Shown here piece by piece: positions 49,761-60,239 of a DNA stretch of 64,000 bases. Within the stretch, counting starts at the first letter, position 1, and every line of letters begins with the position of its first letter. The notes under the pieces were generated by a model. That model did not search any database and had not been told where the DNA came from. It was given only the letters and a program-made list of their open reading frames with translations. Position numbers and translations under genes: made by a program. Source of the stretch: Marsupella aquatica (lineage: Eukaryota; Plantae; Marchantiophyta); the NCBI GenBank assembly GCA_973895155.1, contig OZ316895.1, positions 18,609,880-18,673,879 on the forward strand, written 5' to 3'.

Positions 49761-52700
49761 TGTGGTGCATCCCATGGCTCCCTAAACCCAAGGAACCCCC
49801 CAGCTCAAGCCGATTCCCGTAGGTTTCGCGCTTGGCGAGGCCGTTTCCGTGGCTTAGCGGCATGGGACGCTGCTAACTTCCTTCTACTATTAACATTTTA
49901 CACACATATACTGGACAGATCCTTCATCGGGTCATGAGATACGTAGCCGGCCTAATCTAGGCCTTCCCTTGTCTTCCCCTCCATCTTGTTAGGTATGTTT
50001 GGATTCCGCCGCCGGAATGATCCCCAATAGGCTTGGTTAAGCCGCTAAGACCACTCTCAGCTCGACACATCCAACTCTCTCACTCCCTTGCTTACTTTCC
50101 TTCCTTCTGGTTGATGTGGGCACTCTTCACACAAGTTAATTCGACACAAATAGCAAAATGACTCCTTCTGACTGAGTCATACCATGCACTTGCCATACAA
50201 ACAGTACATCTCATACACAAGCTCTGCAAACTAAGCCGTGAGGCCAACTCTATTCAGCTCTTAGGCATGAGGAAACATGAATATACACAAGGTCACGGTA
50301 TGACTAACCGAGAGCTTCTCTTACTACTTGATCCCAGCCCGGCTGGTGCAAACTAAAAACTTGCTAAAGAAGAGGCCCTGAGCTCCCCGCTGCCCAGGTA
50401 TTTATCCTGGCAGTGGATCTGTCCAGAACTTTGCTGCGTAAGCTTAATCTATCCTACCTGTAATCTACCTAACTGTACAGCGAGGCAGGAGCACAAGTGT
50501 TGCTCCTGCCAGTGGAACCGCAATCCCACTAAGCTAAGTGTTAGGGCCGCCTCCTGGTCCTGATCCTAATCCTAAACTTGGAGATCAGCGCCCGCCCTGC
50601 CCACTCACGCCTCCTACCTCCACGTCCGCCCTTCCTAAAAGGAACGGCGCCCTTGCACCGTCACGACACCGGTGGTGGATCCTCAATGGACGCCCCCAAC
50701 GCTTCCTCCTCAGCCACTGTCGTAGGTTCATTCTCTGACAGATTACCTGCCCTTGACTGAGTCAACTCTCCATTGGCCTGACTGGGTCTACCATCGGCAT
50801 CAGCGTCGGCTCGGGAATCATTCTCGGCTACGGCCTCAGCCTCGGCTATGGTCTCCCCGGCCTGCTCAAGAGGCGGATCTGGGATACCAGCCTCATTATT
50901 GAGTAGTTCGGCTTGGGCCGCGCCATCCCCACCTTTGGTGATAGCGGGATCTATTGCCGTGTTCATGCCGGAGGTTGGTGCTGGGTCTACCTCCTTGGTC
51001 ACCACGGCCAGTGGAGTCGTATTACTTCTTGACCCTGAAGGTTTCCGCTTCTTCTTCTTCTTTTCTGGTTCGGCAGCTGGTCCCTTCCCCTTCCCACTTA
51101 CTTCCGTCACTGGTGCAGGTGGCGCGGCTTGTTCTTCGGCCAGTACCACTCTTGGTAACTTGGTTGCCCCAATTGGAGTTGGGCCTGATGAAGACAAGCA
51201 CTTAAATACTGCGGCTTGTTTCTTCAGCCGCTCTGTTTGGTTGTCAGCCCGCCGTTGTAGGTTCTCCATCTTCCTCGTGATTTCCTCCAACTCCTCCTGC
51301 ACTTCGTCCAGGTCTTTGCGCGCCTCCTCTAGTTCCTTCTGGGCTTCCTCCCATTCCCTGTGGGCTTCCTCCAGTTCTTTCTTCAAGGTAGCCCTCTCCT
51401 CCCGGGTTGCTCTTAGCTCCTTGTCGAGCTCTGCAATGATGACAGACTCCATCTGGTTCATCTTGGCGTAAGTCTGATTGAGCATCTCGTCCTTCTCCCT
51501 TAGGTCGGCCTTGAAGCTGGCCGTCAGGGACGCAAGCTCCTGCTACAGCGCCATAATCCCTTGATAGGATTTCCCTAACTTGGCCTCCTTCTGCTCAAGG
51601 GCTCCGCGGATTTTCTCGAGCTCCCCCCTCAACGCCCATTCCTTTCTTTGGGTCTCCGCCATGGCCCGACTGTTGGCTATTATGTGGGCCTCCTCTGCAT
51701 TCCTCAGCTCTCGCTTCCACTTCTCCCTCTCTTTGATCGTATCGGCCAACTCTCCTTGGGTCCGCGTTAGTAGATTCTCGATCATCCGATTATCAGATTG
51801 TGCGGTATCCAACTGGTCCTGCATGATATTTAGCTCATGCCGCTTAATCCGCAGCTCATCTTGGGCTTTCTTGGCCACCCTCAGGTCCTTGATTTCGGCT
51901 TCCCTTTCCCTAAGCCGACAGATGACCTCGTCCTTCTTGCTTCTTTCCAAGGCCACCGCTTCTTCTAATTGGCGCTTCTCCAACATCTCCCTCTGGAAAA
52001 AGGGTCCCTGCTCCAACTCCTCCCCAAATATGCCGAGCGCCAGTTCTCCACACATCTCCCCGTACTCCATGGCTCTGTCTTTAGCATAGGTGGAGGAAGC
52101 AGAAGTCATCGGCATCATCCACCGCGGCCTCTGCTCCCAAGCTATCTTGCGGATCTTTTCAATCGTGGCTAGAGGTTTGCTTCCTTTTTCGGCTAGCCGC
52201 TTGATGTCCTCCGGCCAATCTCCTCCTGGCAAATCCTTTTCTCTAGCCAGGGCTGCCTCCTCTTCCTGCCTGATTCGCTCCTGAAATTCCTGCGCCGTCT
52301 GTTTTATGCCGTCAAAGCTCGGGGGAGCAACATCTGGTGGGGGAGACTCAGGGCTACTCTGCTGGTTGGGGTCCCCTCGTACTACCCTTGGAAGTGTGGG
52401 GATAAACCGACCACAGGTCCTTACTCCTGGAACGTGATGGTCCGACCCATAGCCGGAGTTATCATGGCTACAGTCCTCCAGTGCCTTCTCTACTTCTTGG
52501 ACTTCCGGCTTCTCCCTCTCCTCTTCGTCCGTAGGAGCTTCACGCAATTCTGCCTCAGATTCAGAGCTTGAGACTCCCACGTACATTCGAACACCCGGCT
52601 TGGATTCTGGCCTGATTCTCTCCTTGTCTCCAGTAAAGGGGTTTTCCCTTGTAAGCCGGTGTAGGCCTACCTCTGGAGCAGTGTCCTGCATTGTTGCCGT

Positions 52701-54441
52701 TGCCGTTGTCGTTGCCGATGCCGATCTCTTTTCTTTCTCCAGTAGTTTCAGCAGATTCTGCATGCCTGGTTGCTGCATCGGCAAGTCCTCCGTCCTTGGC
52801 CTAAACACCTGCTCGATCGTAGGGCTAACAGGTGGTTGAGGCTTCTCTGCTACCGGCCTTGGTGCTAGAGCTTCCTCGGGTGCCCTTACCTACAGGGGAA
52901 GTACTGGGGCAAAGGTCTGACCTCTGGCATACCGGCACAACAGCGGCATGTGATAGCCAAGCCGCGACACGCTCCCCATGCCGATTACCTGTTGCTCCTC
53001 CTTTAAGATCTTCTTCAATTGGTTGAGGAGGTACCCGTTGTAGTCCCGGCTTGGATCTGGCCTCTTTGCCAGATAGACCTGTGCCTTGCCGATCTCTGCC
53101 CTCGGCAAGTTACAGTGCATGGTCACCCGCAAGAAGTCGATCATCTCTCCTATGTGTGGGTTGGTGCAGGTGTTCCGGAAGAAGCCATTCTTCGTTGATG
53201 GCCCGGGGAACGACCGGAACTCCTTGTCAGGCAAGGTCTTCCTGGTATCAACTTTGGTCTTATTGCCTATCGGCAAGCCAAACACTTCGGCAATCACCTT
53301 GGGAGTAAGATAGAAATCCTTCCCATATATCCTCGTGCAATTGGTCTCGGGTTCCCATGACCCCACGAATTCTAATAGGTCTGAATCCGGCACCTCCGGC
53401 TTCAGCCATGGTAATCTTACAAAGGCCTCTAAGCCGGATCCGGCCATGAAGCCTTGGTACTTCTTGGTCTGCATGGCCGTAAAGCATGCATCCTCCTCCC
53501 GTGCAAAATGTAGTTGCACCTCCACCGGTAGGGTTGCCGCCCAGCCTTTCCAGGTGTCATCCCTGGTTGGAATGGCATTGATGGGATCGACCTCCTCCTC
53601 TTCGGCTTCTCCCTGCCTCCTGCTCTGCTGCTCGGCTGGCTTCCTTGGTGTCGCTGACCTCGTTCTTTTTGCCGGGGTGGCTTCATCGTTGACGGCTCCC
53701 TTCCTCTTCATCTCTGCTGCCGTGGAGGTTTCTCCTAGCACCGTTGCCGGGGTCCACCTTTCCATGCTACCCTTCAATTCCCAGTGTATGTCGTTGCAGT
53801 TCTTGATGGCCTCTCGAATGCCGATGATTCTATCTTCACAAAACAGAAGATCGTCGAGCTGATTGGAAGTAGGAGTCCACAAGAACTCGACGTTGATGAG
53901 TTTGCCTCCTAAGAAAGCCGTCTTCTGCAGCTCCCACAATCGAGCGAGCTCCTGCCATTCTCGAGCGGCCCTTTCTGATTCCTCGTCCTCGTAAGTCTTG
54001 ATGTACTCAGTTGCCTGTTCGAACAGGCATCCCCAGAAATGTGCCGCTTGATTGACGTTGCTCATACCCTCCTTAGGTCGATCGTCGGTATCTACTCTCT
54101 CCCCGAGTGCTTGCCTAAGCAGCTGACAGTAGTTGGCCTCCCGTAGTCGTCTGCCTATTTCGTGCTCGCAAATGAGCCACCATCTCCTACAAGCGCTCCT
54201 TACCCCTCTCCTCTGCCGGTCCTTCTTCCCGTTGATCCTTCCTAGCCGTCGACGCTTAACGCGCCCTAACCCTAATCGAGTTTTCACCCCCAGCGTCCTT
54301 ACCTCCGGCCTCGGCCCGGGTTCCATGGTCGCCCCTAATTGTTTATATTTTCCTTGTTTTGTCCCTATACTAAGGTGTTTCTAGGGTGCATTCCTGCTTT
54401 ACCCACTTAATTGGCCGAGTGATTCCTGGCTAGGCATCACA
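49761..54441 (-). repeat. Complete 5' LTR of element B (4681 bp)
   Basis: TGTGATGC...GCACCACA inverted termini, bounded by the TSD on one side and the PBS on the other. Confidence 0.95.
50661..54326 (-). pseudogene. LTR-encoded ORF (~1220 codons, two CAG>TAG stops): plant-transposon-protein-like domain plus long coiled coil
   Basis: Segments 54326-52890, 52808-51543 and 51485-50661 are all in one frame; the motif LLEFVGSW...IYGKDFYLTPKVIAEVFGLP is followed by an E/K/L/Q heptad-rich region. Confidence 0.9.
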
Positions 54442-54446
54442 AACCT

Positions 54447-55822
54447 GCCATAGATTGCATCGAGACCGATTTCCCGACAAAGAGCTATTCGTTGTGGAAA
54501 TAGCTGATACATGGTACCCTGAGATTTTGCAATTTCTCAGCACGTCCAGATTATAGCCAGGGCCAACCCGAGAACAAGCCGCAGTCTTTCTGCGGAAGGT
54601 CAGACAGTATCAGTACATTAAGGGTGTGCTACACAGGTATGGAATCAGCGGCATGATTCAAACGTGTTTGGAGAAGGGAGAGGTAAAATGAGTCTTACGG
54701 GCTATGCATGGGGAGGAGGCCGGCAGACATTTTGCTCCAGTAACCACGTCTAAAAAAATATTAAATACCGGTTACTGGTGGCCCACCTTGCACAAAGATG
54801 TCTATCAGTTTATCAAACAATGCGATCCTTGTCAACGAGCGGGAGGACCAAGGGCGTCCACAAGACATCCTATGCACCCTATTCTACCTATGGCACCATT
54901 CGAGAAGTGGGGTATTGATTTCATGGGACCTCTGAAACCATTGACCCATCCTCGGAGAAACAAGTACATAATCCTGGCCACGGATTATGCAACTAAGTGG
55001 GTAGAGGCCAGGCCAACGACGAAGGATGATGCAATTACTACGGCTCGATTCATGTATGAGCAGATCTTCACCACGTATGGAGCACCCGTAGAATTAGTTA
55101 GTGATAGAGGAACCCATTTTCTGAATCATATAATTAGTCGTTTAAATGAGCAGTATTTAGTTAGACATAGACCTACTACTCCTTACCACCCAAAGGCAAA
55201 TGGGTTGACAGAACGAGCCAATGGGATTATAGGAAAAATATTAAACAAGACTGTAGCTCAAAACAAACTCGATTGGGATGATAAATTGTTTGTTGCTGTT
55301 TTTTATTACAATTTAGCCTATAAATCCACTACCGATCATACACCCTTTTTCTTAACCTTTGGACAGGAAGCTCTGTTACCCATGCAACTTGAGATACCTA
55401 CATTTCAAATTACAATTGAGGAAAGAGTCTTTGAGGAGGAAAGCCTAAAGGAGCGAGAATATAGATTAGAAGCTTTAGAAGAAGCAAGAATGATTTCAGG
55501 CAAGAGAGTAGAATATAGACAGAATACCATGAAGCAGCAGTATGATAAAAGATTGAAACCAGTTAGTATCCACACAGGAGATCTTGTATTACTTTATGAT
55601 AGTAGGTATAGTAGGTTCCCAGGTAAACTTTACACTCGCTGGTTAGGACCCTTCAGGGTAAACATGAAGTTCTCCAATGGCTCCGTGCAATTGGCCAACA
55701 TTACTGGAGAAATATACCCAGTTCGCATTCATTACGACCGCCTCAAGAAATACTATATGGACGAAGATAAAGTTGTTCGCGAGGATGCTTCACAATTAAG
55801 TGGGGAGCTATGTGATGCCTAG
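54447..55822 (+). pseudogene. Integrase region of element A
   Basis: ORF 54704-55822 with HHCC finger, WGIDF, SDRG, NGLTER and WLGPF; stop codon lies inside the 3' LTR. Confidence 0.93.
55798..55807 (+). other. Polypurine tract of element A
   Basis: AAGTGGGGAG, 3 nt before the LTR start TGTGATG. Confidence 0.6.
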
Positions 55823-56127
55823 CCAGGAATCATTAGGCCAGTTTAAATAGTAAAATCAGGAGTGTACCCTAGGAAACACCTTAGTATAGTAACAAAAATA
55901 GGGAAATATAAATAATTAAGGTGACTATGGAACCCAAGCCGAGGCCGAAAGTAAGAACGCCGGGGGAGGGAACACGATTAGGGTTAGGGCGCGCTAAGTA
56001 CCGACGGCTATGGGTAACCAACGGGAAGGAAGACCAGCCAGGGGGGTAAGGACCGATCGCAAGGAATGGCGGCTCATTTGCAAGCACGAGCCAAGCGAAT
56101 GACTACGGGAGGCCAACTACTGTCTGC
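55811..56127 (+). repeat. Start of the 3' LTR of element A (interrupted by element F)
   Basis: Homologous to the first ~315 bp of the B and C 5' LTRs; similarity ends abruptly at TGTGACGCC. Confidence 0.88.
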
Positions 56128-56485
56128 TGTGACGCCACCGGTATGGCGGTTAATGAGTGATTCAGTCTAACTGCGCTCTGCATGCGCGTTAGGTGGGTCT
56201 TAGGCCGCTATTATTAGCATAACGACAGTATTTAGGTAATCATTAGGGGTAGGACATCATTAGGCAATAAGGGGGACTTCAGGTTCGGACTGGCGGCGGG
56301 TCGCTATTCGCACACCCGGGTTACAAGCGTGGAAGGACCCCTCCCTCGGGTCCGTATAACGAACTTAAGGAAGCGGCCACTGACGCACGCTGACTCAGAC
56401 CGGCGGAGTGGCCGGTACACCACAAGCGTGAGCGGTTCAGCCTATGGGCGTCGAGGAGACGTCGGGGATCGACAAGCCCTCAAAG

Positions 56486-56491
56486 TATAAA
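56486..56491 (+). promoter_or_regulatory. Putative TATA box of the family-2 LTR
   Basis: TATAAA-GGGGAGCCAACCCTTTGTA followed by a CT-rich tract, about 100 bp upstream of the LTR ORF ATG. Confidence 0.55.
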
Positions 56492-56592
56492 GGGGAGCCA
56501 ACCCTTTGTAGTGCACCAGTCCATCAGTCCGCGCGCCAGCTTCGACCCCAGTTCTCTCGTTCTCTCTAGGTCGCCACTACTATCTCCTTTGA

Positions 56593-59238
56593 ATGTCGCA
56601 CACGATCCTCTCCAGCTCGGCCATTCAATTCTGGACGCAGTTCCTATCTACCGAAAGGCACTTGGCCGATTCATTGAAACACGCCAACCCGCGCCGATAC
56701 GAAATTGAACGCGAATACGAGAGAGCCATCCGCCTAGCAGGACGACACCACTACGTCCTTAACTTTGACTACCCGTCTCAGAGCGAGCTTTACCGACCAG
56801 CAGAGGTATCTGGGTACTTCTTCAACGGAGACAAATATATCGGGTTCTGGGAAGCATTGCTTCGGCTTCCGGACGAGGTCTTCAATATCCCGGGTACAAT
56901 CGACCTGCAGCGATATCACTTCGACCACATCCCTGCCCGGGTTCGGGCTGTCATTGACGGCGAGTCCAGTACCAACCGTTCGACAAGGGCGTCCGCACTC
57001 GCTTCGGAGAACTTCTACCAGCACCTGCAGAGCTTCATGGGAACTCGGCCATCAACCAACATGACCAACTCAGCCGTGCCCGTACCCGTACCCGTGCCCA
57101 TGCAACCCCAGCCTCAACCTCAGGCTCAGCTTCAGCTTCAGCCTCAGCTGCAGCCTAGCCAAACCCCACCACCTATCACCCAGCCAACACAGGTACGCTC
57201 CATCATCAACGCTGTGGATCTTAGCGATGACGACGAGGCTACCCCACCCTTGACCAGGCGGCCTAGAGGAACAAGCGCTCGGGGGGCCGACACTATATCG
57301 TCCCCACCCCCTGCTCTGACCCCAGGAGCGGCCCCAGCAGACAACATGGTGACCGTGGCCGCCCCGGACCCGTTACCAACGGCAATGGCACTCCCCAGGC
57401 CCGATCGGGAGGATGGGGAAGTATCACCTTCCCCGAGTCAGTCACGGGGAAAGAAGAGGAAGGAATCCGCCACTGCATCCGGGTTACCGTTGGCCACGGT
57501 AGCCGTAGCCAAGGTGACGATGCACCGCATGGGGGAAAACGTTCACAGCAACATCCTCCATCCCAAGCATGCGGTGTACCTGAAGACTCAGGGATTTGAG
57601 CACCTCACCTCTCTCCCCTGGAATACTTGCAGGTACTACGGGGAGGACATGACAAAATTCGTCAAGAATTATGACGACGTACGTCAACAGACTCAGCTGC
57701 GGGGAAGGAATATGTCCCTCACAGAAGAACGGCTCAAGATGATCTTTGGGTTACCCGAAGGTGACCATCGAGTCGAATCACGGGCTCCCGGGGGCAAGGG
57801 GGCCAAGTACCAATCTTCAAGTTTTCCCTCAAAGGGAGCAGTAGACAACGGGTTCGTGATGAGGACCTGCCTCATGCCCGAGATAGCTGAGCGGCTGGAG
57901 TTCCAAAGGTACGCTCTCCACATGATGGAACCCTGGGGGGAGATCTCCGCCGCCCAGGTTATCTAGGTCGAGAACTATTGACCTAGGAAATGGGCATCGT
58001 ACTTCGCTAAGAAATTCCATGAAGAGATGGAGCGGCGAAGGAAGACGCTGTACATTGGCGGGAAGGCGTATTTCGCTAGCCACATCAAAATCATTCTTGA
58101 GTGGTACGCCCGGTTTGATCGACGAACCCTTCCCCGCATCAACGTTACAAAGCTGGTCCCAGCTAGGTGGGTTTTTCCGGCATTGGAGAGACGGCCCCAA
58201 CCCGAGGCCCGAAGTCCAGTGGACACGCCAGCTTCACCCACCCCACCTCCACAAATAGCTGTAATCGTAACCGAGGAGGCGCCGAAGGGGTCGGTCGTCG
58301 CAACCGTTGATGCAACCCAACTAGCCGGGCTAAGTACAGAAGTTGGTACGGCAGAGGTCTTACCCAAACCCGGGTCTCCCAAGGACCCACCGGTGGCAAT
58401 TCCGGAGAACCGGACATTGCTGCAGGAGGACACTCCAGCCCCTTCCTCCCCAGGGCTGGACGTCACTGCCCCAGCCCCTGCGCGTGTTGACGTCTGCCCG
58501 TGCCCAAATCCGGACAGGCACAACTTGGACCACCCGAAACTCTTCGTACAGGGTACGTTTCTGAACGGGCTTCTGGGAGATTTCTCTCATCAAATTGCCC
58601 GGGATACCGGGGAGTTCATGGCCCGGAAGGTAGCCTGTTTCTTCAATCAGGAGTTGGTTGCCGCTATAAAGGCAGGTCGGGCCCAGTCGGAGGCCCTTCA
58701 GAGGATAGAGCGGTACCGGGTGGAGTCCGTGTACCTAAAGAACGAAGTGGCGGCTCAAGAGGCTGAGCTTCTACAACTACGACCCAAGGTTGCAGCCGCC
58801 AATGAGTTGTTAGCAAAGGCGCACGCTCTTACCGCCCTAGCCGAACAGGCCAAAGCTGGGAACGAGGCCGAGATTACACGACTCCGGAACCAGATTGACA
58901 GTTTGAAGAAACAAGCTGTCACCTGGCAGAAAGACCTAGAGGAGGCCGAGGAGCGAGCCCAGCGAGACACGGCGGAGATAGCCACGCTGCAGGCCGAGAT
59001 AGCGCGGCTCCAAACCGAGGCCGAGAAGCAAGACCAGCTGGCGGGTAAACTGACAAGCGACGCCCAGCAGCTGGAGGAGGCATGTCAGGAGGCAGCAGAG
59101 GAGACGGACGCGGCGAGGCGAGAGAACGAATCTCTGCTGGACCAGGTCCAGCTCCTCAAAGCGGACAATGATAGGCTTCAAAGGCAGCGGGATGGCCGTT
59201 CCCATTCGGGTGGCTCTGGCAAGCGTGCCAGGCATTAG
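56593..59238 (+). CDS. LTR-encoded ORF of family 2 (~880 codons, one in-frame TAG at 57964-57966), coiled-coil C-terminus
   Basis: 457-aa and 403-aa ORFs in the same frame; block GFEHLTSLPW...LRGRNMSLTEERLKMIFGLP...DNGF..TC..P.I.E..EF.R aligns to the family-1 LTR ORF. Confidence 0.82.
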
Positions 59239-60128
59239 CGGCGGAGTAGGAATAGATTAGGATTAGGATTGGCTTAGTCAGGCTCTTGGGACAGGCACCT
59301 GCCTTAGGTACAGCAGCGCTGCCCTGCTGTCCAGCCTGCGTAGATTAGGATCTTCTAATAAGACATAGCCGTTTTTCGGCCTGACTGTCAGCTTAGTTAG
59401 GACCTTAGTCAGCGAATCTTTGGCGAGAGGACACCCCGTCCCTCGGTTCTTAGTATTTAGTGCACCCCTCGGTAGAGGCAGGGGGGGTTTTTAGTTTCAG
59501 AGTCGGACATCCACGGGATATGCGGGGAGTCCCGACCTCTGGGAATGAAAGAGTACCAAGGGGAGGGGGTAGGACTAAGCTCGCCGGGCGAGTGCGGAGC
59601 CGGGCTCCGTTGTAGTGTGCACCCTCGGCCTTGAACCTGTTCATTCCAGGGCTGTCGGGTCAACTAAGTGTACGCATATGTTCCCTTTGTAGTAAAATCC
59701 TTTCCCATCATTTTCCTTCGTGTAAATCGAGATATGTGTGTGGGTTTCTCGTATATGGTGGGCAGCGCCAGGCCGAACGCACTACCTGAGACGTGCACAG
59801 GGTGCAGCCTGCGGGTAAGTGGTTGCGAGCACGGGTTGAGGACCTGTATCATCGAATCCGGATCGAAGGCGGACAGCACGAAGGCTTAGAAGCCCTTAAG
59901 CCGGGGTTGATCCTGCTATCGACTAAGGTATGTTCCGGCGGCGGAACACAAACTATACCTAGGAGGTGTCCGTATTTAGCAGTATGCGCACTTAGCGCTA
60001 GTTTACGAGAATAAGGTGCATTACGTGCTTCCCTTCCTGCCCGAACCCTCAGATTTACGAGGGATGTGCCCGTCTAAGCTGAAGTCTGAGTTAAGGCCGA
60101 AGCCTACGACGTGACATAGCCTTTGTTT

Positions 60129-60146
60129 TGGCGCTAGATGGAGGGG
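60129..60146 (+). other. Primer binding site (tRNA-Asn type) of element F
   Basis: TGGCGCTAGATGGAGGGG, identical to family 1, 12 nt after the presumed LTR end. Confidence 0.78.
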
Positions 60147-60239
60147 GCACTCTACATATCGTAGAGGGGAGACATGTGCGTATTCACCTAGGCAGGATAC
60201 ATCAGGACGTAGTACTAACCATTGCATTTATATGAGTAA

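Larger units (their letters stand above)
9780..54441 (-). mobile_element. Ty3/Gypsy LTR retrotransposon family 1, copy B, inserted antisense into pol of A
   Basis: Termini TGTGATG...CACCACA on the - strand; 5-bp TSD AACCT at 9775-9779 and 54442-54446; two near-identical LTRs. Confidence 0.95.
1..56127 (+). mobile_element. Ty3/Gypsy (non-chromovirus, Athila/Tat-like) LTR retrotransposon, family 1, copy A (outermost, degenerate, interrupted by nested insertions; both ends extend beyond what is visible)
   Basis: LTR end ...GGGACGCACCACA at 3806, PBS at 3811, gag-PR-RT-RH 3876-9779, pol resumes at 54447 after the AACCT duplication, integrase to 55822, purine tract, then 3' LTR start TGTGATGCCTAG at 55811. 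Confidence 0.92.
56128..60116 (+). repeat. 5' LTR of element F (~3990 bp; inferred, partner LTR not in window)
   Basis: TGTGACGCC...GACGTGACA termini followed by the PBS. Confidence 0.8.

Noticed and set aside
50661-54326. Envelope (env) gene
   Set aside because: No signal peptide or hydrophobic transmembrane segment is visible; the protein is charged, coiled-coil and has NLS-like Lys runs
9780-54441. Segmental duplication or assembly artefact as the cause of the 4.7-kb repeats
   Set aside because: Repeats have TG...CA termini, PBS, distinct TSDs and independent point mutations, as expected for real LTRs
55976-55990. Telomeric repeats (TTAGGGTTAGGG near the LTR start, GGGTTTAGGG near the LTR end, AAACCCTAA at 34108)
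   Set aside because: Only one or two units each; could be telo-boxes but too short to support telomere targeting or an interstitial telomere
57964-57966. Programmed stop-codon readthrough in the family-2 LTR ORF
   Set aside because: A single TAG is more simply a CAG>TAG transition like those in family-1 copies; only one copy is visible, so it cannot be tested here
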